Assembly: GCA_964252035.1 (NCBI GenBank)
Contig: OZ176204.1
Strand: one strand, 5' to 3'
Origin: Podarcis erhardii
Lineage: Eukaryota
Length of the DNA stretch: 64,000 nt
The notes under the pieces are model-generated. The model saw only the letters and a list, made by a program, of their open reading frames with translations, ran no database searches and was not told the origin of the DNA. How positions within the stretch are numbered: position 1 is the stretch's first letter; the number at the start of each line of letters is the position of its first letter. Both the position numbers and the translations under genes were made by a program. Positions 37,464 to 48,224 of this stretch are shown here, in pieces.

Positions 37464-38789
37464 GATCATTAAGCAAACAGTCTGTGAGCACCTAGAAAGG
37501 AATGCTGTGATCACCAATAGTCAGCATGGATTTCTGAAAAATAAGTCATGTCAGACTAACCTGATCTTGTTTTTTGACAGAATTACAAGCCTGGTAGATG
37601 AAGGGAACGCAGTGGATGTAGCCTACCTTGATTTCAGCAAGGCATTTGACAAGGTGCCCCATGATATTCTTGTAAAGAAGCTGGTAAAATGCGGACTTGA
37701 CTATGCTACCACTCAGTGGATTTGTAACTGGCTGACTGACCGAACACAAAGGGTGCTCATCAATGGTTCCTCTTCATCCTGGAGAAGAGTGACTAGTGGG
37801 GTGCCACAGGGTTCTGTCTTGGGCCCGGTCTTATTCAACATCTTTATCAACGACTTGGATGATGGACTCAAGGGCATCCTGATCAAATTTGCAGATGACA
37901 CCAAACTGGGAGGGGTGGCTAACACCCCAGAGGACAGGATCACATTTCAAAATGACCTTGACAGATTAGAGAACTGGGCCAAAACAAACAAGATGAATTT
38001 TAATAGGGAGAAATGTAAAGTATTGCACTTGGGCAAAAAAAATGAGAGGCACAAATACAAGATGAGTGACACCTGGCTTGAGAGCAGTACATGTGAAAAG
38101 GATCTAGGAGTCTTGGTTGACCACAAACTTGACATGAGCCAACAGTGTGACGCGGCAGCTAAAAAAGCCAATGCAATTCTGGGCTGCATCAATAGGAGTA
38201 TAGCATCTAGATCAAGGGAAGTAATAGTGCCACTGTATTCTGCTCTGGTCAGACCTCACCTGGAGTACTGTCTCCAGTTCTGGGCACCACAGTTCAAGAA
38301 GGACACTGACAAACTGGAACGGGTCCAGAGGAGGGCAACCAAAATGGTCAAAGGCCTGGAAACGATGCCTTATGAAGAACGGCTAAGGGAGCTGGGCATG
38401 TTTAGCCTGGAGAAGAGGAGGTTAAGGGGTGATATGATAGCCATGTTCAAATATATAAAAGGATGTCACATGGAGGAGGGAGAAAGGTTGTTTTCTGCTG
38501 CTCCAGAGAAGCGGACACGGAACAATGGTTCCAAACTACAAGAAAGAAGATTCCACCTAAACATTAGGAAGAACTTCCTGACAGTAAGAGCTGTTCGACA
38601 GTGGAATTTGCTGCCAAGGAGTGTGGTGGAGTCTCCTTCTTTGGAGGTCTTTAAGCAGAGGCTTGACAACCATATGTCAGGAGTACTCTGATGGTGTTTC
38701 CTGCTTGGCAGGGGGTTGGACTCGATGGCCCTTGTGGTCTCTTCCAACTCTATGATTCTATGATTCTATTCTATGATTCTATGATTCTA
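37464..38789 (+). mobile_element. CR1 LINE, 5'-truncated, uninterrupted RT frame
   Basis: 410-aa frame 37459-38691 with RT motifs ([25 protein letters not shown]); (TCTATGAT)n tail to 38789; apparently inserted into an older L2 tail (approx. 37342-37460 and 38790-39000). Confidence 0.96.
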
Positions 38790-40098
38790 GTACCTTCCCA
38801 AAATAATTAAAATCAATGATAAGCTGAAAACCAGATTAAAACACATGTCAATGTTCTACAGGTCTGGAAAGGCTTGCCTAAGCAAAACATGTTTTTAGCA
38901 GACGTTGCAAAGAGTACAGTGAAAGCACCTGCCTGATGTCAAACTAGGCAGGGAGTTCCAAAGTGCAGCTGCCACCGCACTAAAATAGCCCTTTCTTACA
39001 AATGTAGAGTATTATGTGATAACTGTAACCACATAATTACATAATTTTATTGTTCCGTGGCTGTGCCATGCGGAAATTCGATCTTACCTGCTGAATTGAA
39101 GCTTGGCTAAGCAAAATCTCTCTTCAGATTCTCTGCATTTCTGATAAGATTTGATTCAGCAGGTAAGATCAGAGTTTTGCAAGGCCCAGCCATGGAATAA
39201 TGAGAAAAGCTCTTGGGCCTGAGAAAAAGTAATCGGTATACAATATGATCAAAATACAGATCAAGCGAAAGAGTGGATGAGCCCTTACCCCTCCTCCCTA
39301 GGACTCTATGATTCAGTCCAATAAGTGAAAGCAGCATAAAGCTGAGCTGAAGTCTCCTCAGCTACCTTGTCCCCTGTTGTGGCAGTTGGCACAGAAAATT
39401 CTAGATCTTCTCCCTTTGGCTCCATTGTGTAGGGAATTAGCATGCATGCCGTGCCGAAAACTAGTCTGGGCAACTCCTTGGCATCATTTATTTATTGTGA
39501 GGAAAATGAAAAGGGGGATGTAAATGTAAGCAGCAGGGGCAAGGTGGGTGGGGGGAAGAGAAGGGGAAACCTTTTTTAAAAAGCCAATGGGGAATAATGC
39601 TCAAGGGAAGATAAAACAGATTCCTAACTCATCCAGAACAAACTCAGTTTCCCGTGACTAGTATGTTGCTGTTTTTTACCCTCGATCCTCTTAAATACAC
39701 TTCTACCTGACGTACCACATGGTTAGTAAGGGAGCAATGCCCCTCTGCCTGGCTCAGCGAAGCCCCATGTTGTGAGAGGCTTCAACCTCTCCCTCCCCAC
39801 TTTCTTCCTCCCTGCCACACTGGTTTTGTCTGTGAGTGTCTGGGCAGCCAGTCTGCACTTTGTGGCAAGGTTCAAGCAGACAGCTAGACACGCAGGCGAG
39901 CCGTTCTTTGAGAACATGGCAGAATGCCATCTGCCGCTTCAGAGTATTTCCCCCCCTCCCTCGCCGTCCTTGCACTCCTTTCCAACTCTCACACACGCAT
40001 GGTCCTGGCTTTTGGAGACATGCTTACCAACTGTCAATTAGCAGGCCTCAATACACTGGAAAAGAAAAGCAAGCTGCCTCATGACAATGATGGCATGT

Positions 40099-40134
<36 letters not shown>
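40099..40134. repeat. (TG)n microsatellite
   Basis: Perfect dinucleotide run. Confidence 0.9.
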
Positions 40135-40137
<3 letters not shown>

Positions 40138-43100
40138 ACTCTGTCACCAACACATTTGCCATGAAACTCGAGCCTTAGAAGGTCCCTGACCTTAAAAAAG
40201 AATCCCAGCCTCTTGGTGCTTTCGATGACCTCCTCTCCCTCTCTGCTTCGTGCTTCATGAAAAGCTCCATTGTGATCATTTTACGCAGCAAAGAGATGGT
40301 GATGATCTCATAGGTCTGGGTGAAAAGGGACCGTCGCTGCTCAGTGGAGTGATCTCATTGGTGTGCTGGGACTAGGCAAAGGGAGACCATCTGCAGAACT
40401 TTTAAAAATAATTATTATTGGTGACCGTAATGGGGGATGTTGTGTGTGGCATTGCCTGGCTTTTCCCTAGTTTCTTTGGGCACGGGAAAAGCAGGGTGCT
40501 GTTGCACTTGGGAAAAGGTTCAGGTGTACAGGTGAGAAGTAGGCCAGCCTCTGGCCAGAGATGGCCCAAGGTATTCTGCTGCCTAAGTTTCCTCTCTCCT
40601 CTTTGTCCTTCATTGTTTCTCTGCTGATATAAAAGAGCAGCACAGGAACAAGTATGGGAGAAACTAACAAATGACAACTGAGGGCCCCTGGGGTTCTTAG
40701 CCGAAACAAATGAGAGAAAATAAGAGAAAATTTAAACATATGGACATTTTGCATTGTGAAGGATTGATTTGAGAACAGACACCCGAAGGCATTATGGGAT
40801 GAGGGTTGAGGAAGGTATCATGCACCAGACCAACTCTACAGTCCAATTTGTGGGATGACCAGCCTCATATAACCAACATGCTTAAATCTAACAAATGCAT
40901 TAAGGAGTTAAGATCATAGAGTAAGCTGTCCTGCCAGGCTTAGATTACTTTGAGAGAGACTAGGTAATCAAGCCTTTGTTTACCGCCCCCCCCCCCCCCC
41001 CGACTACCAGAGAAGCTCAATGTTTGAGGAGGTGCTAGCCAGTTTCTCCAAGCTCAGACTGCATGGCTCTCACAAGTCACTCTTGACTTCCCATACCAAT
41101 AATTTAGGAAGCTTCACCACTTTGAAATTAAACGAAGTTTCACCGTCTGTGCAACCTTTCTGACTGATGTATGGAAAATGAGCCTGACCTTTGGAGATTT
41201 GGTAAGTAAACAGTTTTTAACTTACTAAATGTGTGGTCTTTTCTTATGTTGGGGGAAGAGGGTATTATCTTTGGAACTCACTTGGAAATACATATTGTAA
41301 AGGTCCATGCTTATTTCCATGCTTTACTTTGCTGTATATTTTGCGATTTAAAATCTCTGCTGTTGTTCTCTCACCAAAGAGTATTTGCCTCAAACTTGGA
41401 TCTTGTCATCCAAGGAATTATCCTTTTTATACCTACTTTTTACTTTGCCAGCCAACACAATGTAGAATGGAGCTGATTTCAGTTGACTTAAGTATGTTTA
41501 ACTTGCTTGGATTGCATCTTAGAGTCCTGAAAGTGACCTGCTTCTTTGTTCCACCAGTAGCAGAAGTTGATGGAGAGTGCTTTTTGGCAGACAAATCTGC
41601 CGCCCATCCCTTGACCATTATCCCCTTTTTTCCAGGAACAATAGAAGTATGTTTGTCCAAGATGAAATCTACAAAATGGGCACTTAATAAGATCTTCACA
41701 TCTGGCCAGTTATTTTCTTTTTCTAGTTCAAGGTAACAAAAATAAAGAGATAGCCTTTATGTTATGTTATTATTTTTTTACTGCCAGGATTTGCTACTTT
41801 GTTTCCTAATGGTTGTCCTGATTCCTTGTTTTAGGGCAAGAAAATGATCTAAATAAATAGATTTTGACAGGAGGCCAATTCTGCTGCCAGAATTACACTA
41901 ATTAAATATGCATAATTCTCTTAATTAGAAAAAAATAAAATAAAGACCAGATTAAGGTTTCTGCTTGTACAATTGGTTTTCCTTCATTTTGGAACTAGAT
42001 TTCTTTTCAGGAAAAGATGTCTATCGGCTAAAGAAACATTTAAAAACCCAGCTGGAGTTGAGCAAAGTCCTTGCTCAGCAGAGTCCAAATGTGTTTATGT
42101 GCCAAAACATACGTTACCACAGGAATTTTGAGATCTAGGTCAGAGATTCAAGCTTCAAAACATGTTTCCAGAGTAAGAGCCCATCGGCTGATGTCTGAAG
42201 AACGCAGTAACACCAGGGTGAATGTGGTAGTAACTTTCCCAATTTCATTGCAACTAATTTATGATCAGTGAATAAAATGGAGGGCTGGGTTCCACCTGAC
42301 ATGCTCAGGCACTGTCTGAGACAGCCAAATCCATCCTCTTTAAACTCCAGACGATTTTAACAAACCTCTTCCAAAGGAGGATGGTGTGATAAAGATGAGC
42401 CAGCCTCAAGAAACGGACTTGAATGTTAGCCACAGAAACTGTTAGGCCAAGAAGCAATTTGACTGAAAAGCTTTTGTGGCTACGCCAGCAGCCACTTCAG
42501 CTACTAATTGTTTTTATTTTATTTTTTCCATAGTTGGTAGCCATTTTCACACATTTATAAGCAAGGATGGTCTTCCCCATCCCCATAGCCTTCCCCCCCT
42601 TTTAAAGTCTAAAGGGGGAGAAGGAAACCAATAATTAGTGATAATAGTGCTAAAGATGTATTCTTGGACAGAAGGCTTTTTGTGCAAGAAACTCTGCATA
42701 GGCATGCATAGATTTGGCTCACGTTTCCCCTGCTCTAAATTACAGCCATGTCCTCAGAGCTGGCACATGCTTCTTGGGAAGCAGAGAGGCATATAAACAG
42801 AGGGTTCCCTCGTATGGGATGTTGCCCTGGTTGACCTGCAATGCCCCATCCAAGGCAGTTAACGCTGCTTTTAAAGGGTGTGGGCATGCACAATTCATTG
42901 CCCCACAAAGCACTTCAGAGCCACATAAAGTATGTTTTGTGTTCTCGAGCTAAGGTTCTTCTGAGCAAAATGGTATACGAGTGGATGCTTCAAGAAATTT
43001 AAATGGCCCCCTCTGGAGTGCCATTTGTGAGGTACTTTCAGAGAGTTGTTATTGGGCACGGCGACAGATGGGGCAGCAGGACAAAAAAAATCTGAAAAGC

Positions 43101-43479
43101 TTCTGTGCCCTAGTTCCCAAGCCCACCGTAGAGCTTTCACATACCATGAGTAGTGGGTGGAGCCAAACTGGTGCCCTCCAGATACTGTGGACCCCAACTC
43201 CGCTCAGCCCCAGCAAGCATGACCAGTGACCAGGGAGGATGGCAGCTGTAGCCCACAAGTTCTGGAAGCCACCACATTAGCTGCCCTGTGCTACAGGACT
43301 CATCTTGGGCAAGCCCTAATGGTAATCTGGAACAGGGACCATGAGACCATCTATGGAGTATCAGTTCTATCAGTTCCAAAGCCATGTTTGGTTGGCTCAG
43401 GTGGGAGACTTTTGAACTCCCTACCTAGAGAGGTTTCCTCTTGTCCTTCTCCTTGTTATTAAGTATTAAGATCTTGCTA

Positions 43480-44344
43480 CAGTGGTACCTTGGTTTTCAA
43501 ACGTCTCCGTTGACTAACGTTTCAGAACTCGAACGCCGAAAACCCAGAAGTAAATGCTTCCATTTTTGAAAGCACCTTGGAAGTCGAACAGCTTCTGTTG
43601 AGTGTTGCTCAATTATCTCAATTACTGTATTTTGTTGATAAACAAGCCCCCCCCGTAGAGGCTGGCCCCTCTCACTGCTCTTGGAGCTTGTTTTCCGGTA
43701 ACCACCTCTGGCTGACACCCCGGACAGACCAGGGAGATTTTGATAGGCGACATTTCCCAGTGTGGGTAAATGCACCCCCCCCTCCTTCTGCTTCCCTAGC
43801 AGGGAAAGGAGATAGTCAGAAACGTCTATTTACATCCTTTTATTTCTGACTTCACACCACTACAGAAATCATGTCTGACCACTTCAAACTTCATCTAGCA
43901 AGTGAGACAAACTTCCTGTACGTACGCAAGAGGAAGGTCTCAAATTACAAACTTCACAAAGACTTTTCCAGCCTGTGAACTTCCGGGAAACTTCTTTCCC
44001 ACAGCTAGCCATATCACATGATGTCAACAAGCTGACTGTCTGCAGCTGCGATGTTCTCATATTGTAGCAATTACCGTATTTTTCTGTCTATAAGACATCC
44101 CCATGTATAAGACGCCCCCTATTTTGGGGACTCTGATTTAAGAAAATGGGGGGGGGGAGAGATACTATCCGTGTATAAGACAAGCCCAGATTTTGAACAT
44201 TATTTTAGAGTAAAAAAACCATAGTCTTATACACGGAAAAGTACAGTAAATTTGCAGACTGCCCTTTGCGCCTCGGTTTTCGAACGTTTCGGAACTTCAG
44301 CGGTCTTCTAGAACAGATTACGTTCAAAAACCGAGGTACCACTG
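43480..44344 (+). mobile_element. Non-autonomous Tigger-like element with a nested MITE
   Basis: TIRs CAGTGGTACCTTGGTTTTCAAACG...CGTTCAAAAACCGAGGTACCACTG, TA duplications; no transposase ORF. Confidence 0.8.
44074..44246 (+). mobile_element. Tc2/pogo-type MITE nested in the Tigger-like element
   Basis: TIRs CCGTATTTTTCTGTCTATAAGAC...GTCTTATACACGGAAAAGTACAG, TA duplication. Confidence 0.8.
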
Positions 44345-45117
44345 TATTCTGGAAGGCTTTTGGCCTTTATAGAGGCAGGATCCTATAGCTTCACAACATA
44401 CATTAATTACAATCAATCTTGTATTTTACTCTGGTTTTCCACTCTGCCTTCTTAAATTATCATAGTGGGCTTTAATGGTTATTTAATTGCTGTTTCTGTC
44501 CATCACTGTTTTCAAAGGATTTTGTTATTTTTGTAAGGTGGCTTGTATCATGAAGAAAACCCAGGGTATGAGCATTTTCAATAAAAAATAAAAGTTCTGA
44601 ACAGTAAATAAAAGTGGATACATTTTCCTATGGTATTATCTAGCCAGGGCAGACTTCTTGTGCTTAAGGTGGACAGTCAACCACCCAAGGTAAAGTGTCA
44701 CTTTAAGACGGTGCCTCTGCCTGCTGATTTCAGCAACTGCATGCTCGCCTCTGAGGGAGACAAATTTGTGCAAGCCCTAATCACGACCTCTTTTTACTTA
44801 ACTGTGTTATGCCATCAAAGTTCTGTGTTAAATGAAACTTGGCTTCCTGCCAGCATAATGCACAGAAAAGGAAGACTATAAAGTCAAAGCTGGGTTGGGA
44901 CTCAAAAGGTCTAGCTTGAAGGGCTTCTGTGTCATGTAGAGGGGGGAATCCCCCTCCCCACACAATTATCTCCCTATGTTGCATCATGGTTCATCTTTTA
45001 TAGAACTTAAGGCGATCCATGGTAAAAACTGAGTGGGATAAGGAAGAATTTCCACATGCAGATATCTATGTCAGCCTCTAAAAGCTACAGATGACAGAGA
45101 GGCTTGGCTTGCTACTA

Positions 45118-45359
45118 CAGTGGTACCTTGGGTTACATACACTTCAGGTTACATACGCTTCAGGTTACAGACCCCGCTCACCCAGAAATAGTACCTCTGG
45201 TTAAGAACTTTGCTTCAGGATGAGAACAGAAATCATGCTCCGGCGGCGCAGCAGCAGCAGGAGGCCCCATTAGCTAAAGTGGTGCTTCAGGTTAAGAACA
45301 GTTTCAGATTAAGAACGGAGCTCCGGAATGAATTAAGTACTTAACCTGAGGTACCAGTG
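45118..45359 (-). mobile_element. Tigger-like MITE, family T1
   Basis: Reverse-orientation copy of 3193-3418; TA duplications; 242 bp. Confidence 0.88.
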
Positions 45360-46211
45360 TACTACCTAGAGGCAGGCCCATGCAGAGCTTGCCTGAGGCC
45401 CGGGGCAGGCAATTTGTTAGACTAAAGTTATAAACTCAAACAAAAAAGCAGCCATTCCCTTGTGAGAGCCCCAGCTGGCTTAGTGTTGTGAGGTCAGGGG
45501 CAAGGAGGAGCGGAGCCTTCTGATGGCATCTTGTGCAACAGCCTCTGAATCTGGCACTGTATGTAGCATGCAAGCCATAGTCTAAGAAGCTGACTGCTCT
45601 GATTGTATAGTCTACCCTGGACCAGCACTTCTGTTCTATCTAGCGCATCGTCTCTCCACACACCTGGAATTATTCTAAGAAGATAATCCTCCTCCCCACT
45701 GAGCAAATTGCAAACTTCCATTGGTAGAAGACTCTGCATTTCTTTGTAGTGGTAGCTCTTATCTATGGGTCCTGAACTGGCAGTACAAAGGGGAGGAGGA
45801 AGAGGATCCTGGCGAGGGGTGTAGCCGGGACTGGGACACACCAGGGCAAGCTGGGGATGGGGAAGGAAGTACTCACAGAGTGACGGAGGATGCCTAGAGG
45901 ATGGATGTCAATGCACTGGATCCAGAGCAGCAGGACTCATCACCAGAGCCACAAACACAGAGGGCTCAGAGGCGCAGGGAGCAGCGGGAGGGGTGCTTTT
46001 GGAGGCTGAGGCAGGCAAAAGCCCACAGCCCAGCTCCCTGGCTGGCCAGGTGGGGCTCACTAGCTCTGGAAAGAGGGCTGTGATTCCTCAGCTGGAGGAG
46101 GCTTGGAACAGGTGAGGGTCACCTGCCTCATCAAGCTCAGATGCTGCAATCAGCATGCAAAGTACACAAGGGAAGCAGAGCTGAGGTGCTGTGTCTGTTC
46201 AACTGCCCATG

Positions 46212-46616
46212 AAGCTGCTGAATTACAACTTATCACCAAACTTAAAACCATGGAGAAACCTGGTCTGAACAAAGACCTTGGATTCTTATCTCATTATACA
46301 TGACAAAGCCATTTTTCACCTTTTCACCCCTTGCTTTTTCCTGTAAGACCTATTGCAGTCGTTAAGAGTCGTCAACAGGCTCATCACAGCTATCTGCCAA
46401 TCACCCATTCCCACCACCCTTCTGAGTAATACCCCTCCCCACCTTCTCACTATATAGAAGGGTCTGGAAACTTCTGTTTCAGTGTATCTGAAGAAGTGTG
46501 CATGCACACAAAAGCTCATACCAAGAACTGACTTAGTTGGTCTTTAAGGTGCTACTGGAAGGAATTTGTTTTGTTTTGACTATGGCAGACCAACACGGCT
46601 ACCTATCTGTAACTGC
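46212..46616 (+). mobile_element. Penelope-like element (family A), 5'-truncated
   Basis: ORF end EAAELQLITKLKTMEKPGLNKDLGFLSHYT* (C-terminus after the PLE GIY-YIG endonuclease), 3' region with a hammerhead-like motif at 46484-46521, 11-bp direct repeat AACTGCCCATG at 46201-46211 and 46617-46627. Confidence 0.8.
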
Positions 46617-46722
46617 AACTGCCCATGTTGATGGACCTTGGCTTGGTTGCTCCTGGACCTCTATGGGACGGTACTTTGGGTATCTTGACTGCTAGAATTC
46701 AGATTTAGCTACTTTGTCGGAA

Positions 46723-46752
<30 letters not shown>

Positions 46753-46757
<5 letters not shown>

Positions 46758-46947
46758 GGTTTTGGTGTCCTCGGGTGTCTTCCCGTGTAAAAGTTGGGGT
46801 GTCTAGGCGACGTTTCGACGAGGTCTCACTCGTCAGATGACGAGTGAGACCTCGTCGAAACGTCGCCTAGACACCCCAACTTTTACACGGGAAGACACCC
46901 GAGGACACCAAAACCTGCATTCCTGTACCCGTGAAAATCTACGAAAG

Positions 46948-46951
<4 letters not shown>
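46753..46951 (+). mobile_element. Penelope-like element (family B): inverted terminal-repeat pair plus tail, between (TA)n arrays
   Basis: Perfect 83-bp inverted repeat (46753-46835 / 46838-46920, GA spacer), ~30-nt unique tail, (TA)n at 46726-46754 and 46951-46996. Confidence 0.7.
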
Positions 46952-46996
<45 letters not shown>

Positions 46997-46998
<2 letters not shown>

Positions 46999-47191
46999 TT
47001 CCAATAGCACTGAAACAGAAGTGTGCATGCACACGAAAGCTCATACCAATAACTAACTTAGTTGGTCTCTAAGGTGCTACTGGGAGGATTTGTTTTGTTT
47101 TGTTTTGTTTTGTTTTGTTTTGTTTTGTTTTGTTTTGTTTTGTTTTGTTTTGTTTTGACTATGGCAGACCAACACAACTACCTGCCTGTAA
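46997..47191 (+). mobile_element. Second Penelope-like family A 3' fragment with (TGTTT)n expansion
   Basis: Direct homologue of ~46493-46612; 46997-47010 (ccttccaatagcac) is an inverted piece of the same family; (TGTTT)n at ~47091-47156. Confidence 0.75.
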
Positions 47192-47882
47192 TGAGCTACT
47201 TTGATTGATCTTGGACTTCATTTCCTGACCTTTGCATGGATTGACCCCTGGACTTTGAACTTGGCATACTGACTTGCTACCAGGTAGGCCAGGGGTTCAG
47301 GACACCCTGTAGCAGAAATCCACAAAGAGTTGTGAATCTTTAAACCTTCCCTCAACTTTTGGTGTTAAAAATGACTCTAAAAGTTAGGAGAAACTGCGCC
47401 CACCATTACTGCCTTTTTGGTGCAATGCTTTCAAAGGTCCCTTTGTTAGTGTTACATCAAGGGAGAGCCAATAAATAAGTTATCCTGAATGAGGAACTGC
47501 ATGGCATCAAAGCCTTCAGTCACTCAACACAAGCAGAAAGGATCACACTCGGAGTTCTGTCTCCCATCTCCTGCTGTATTAGTTACTGGCCCTGGGTGCT
47601 AATTTCATTTATTTTTCAGCTTTCTTCCATAACGGAACCTAATATGACATACACTGACCAACCTACCTAGCTTTACCAAATGCATGATGTGCTCACAGAC
47701 TGTTAAGAGGCATCTATATCAAACAAGCAGCCACCTGAGCACAACAGCCATCTTTCCTGGAGCTGAGGTAGCTAGGCATTCATTTCTTTTCAACTTTGGG
47801 ACCTTCTTCTTGTACTGGCTCATGTCTGGGGTCATGTTTCTTGACTTGCACAGACTGCTCAGTGGGCTGCCTTGCTCTAAAT

Positions 47883-48224
47883 CAGGGGTCCCCAAACTAA
47901 GGCCCACGAGCCGGATAAGGCCCGAGGGACCCGTTTATCCGGCCCGCAGCGACCCCTGCCATCCCCCGCTCTTACCAGCGGCTGCCCACTTCCAGGTCGG
48001 GGGAGCACCACAAATGGCTTGTGCGCATGCGCGTTATTTCCGGTGCACACCCAGGTCGGAGGAGGCCCTGTGCACATGCGCACAAGCTATTTCTGGTGCT
48101 CCTCTGACCCGGAGGTGCGCTGGAAATACTGTGCGCGCACACGTATGGGCACACGCTCCCCTGCACTCCGTGTGATCGGCGCTGGAGACACCGGCCCGAG
48201 GCGCGGTAAGTTTGCTGACCCCTG
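47883..48224 (+). mobile_element. CpG-rich hAT (Charlie-like) MITE
   Basis: Ends CAGGGGTCCCCAAACT...AGTTTGCTGACCCCTG; 8-bp TSD CTCTAAAT/CTCTAACT (1 mismatch). Confidence 0.85.

Larger units (their letters stand above)
45461..47304 (+). mobile_element. Probable Gypsy-type solo LTR hosting Penelope insertions
   Basis: Begins TGTG at 45461, ends GACA at 47304, flanked by CCCT on both sides; about 1 kb once the Penelope inserts are removed; no internal ORF. Confidence 0.45.

Noticed and set aside
46820-46865. Intact hammerhead on the minus strand at the palindrome junction (CTGACGA...GAAAC)
   Set aside because: The sequence between CTGACGA and GAAA (GTGAGACCTCGTC) cannot form a proper stem II in that register.
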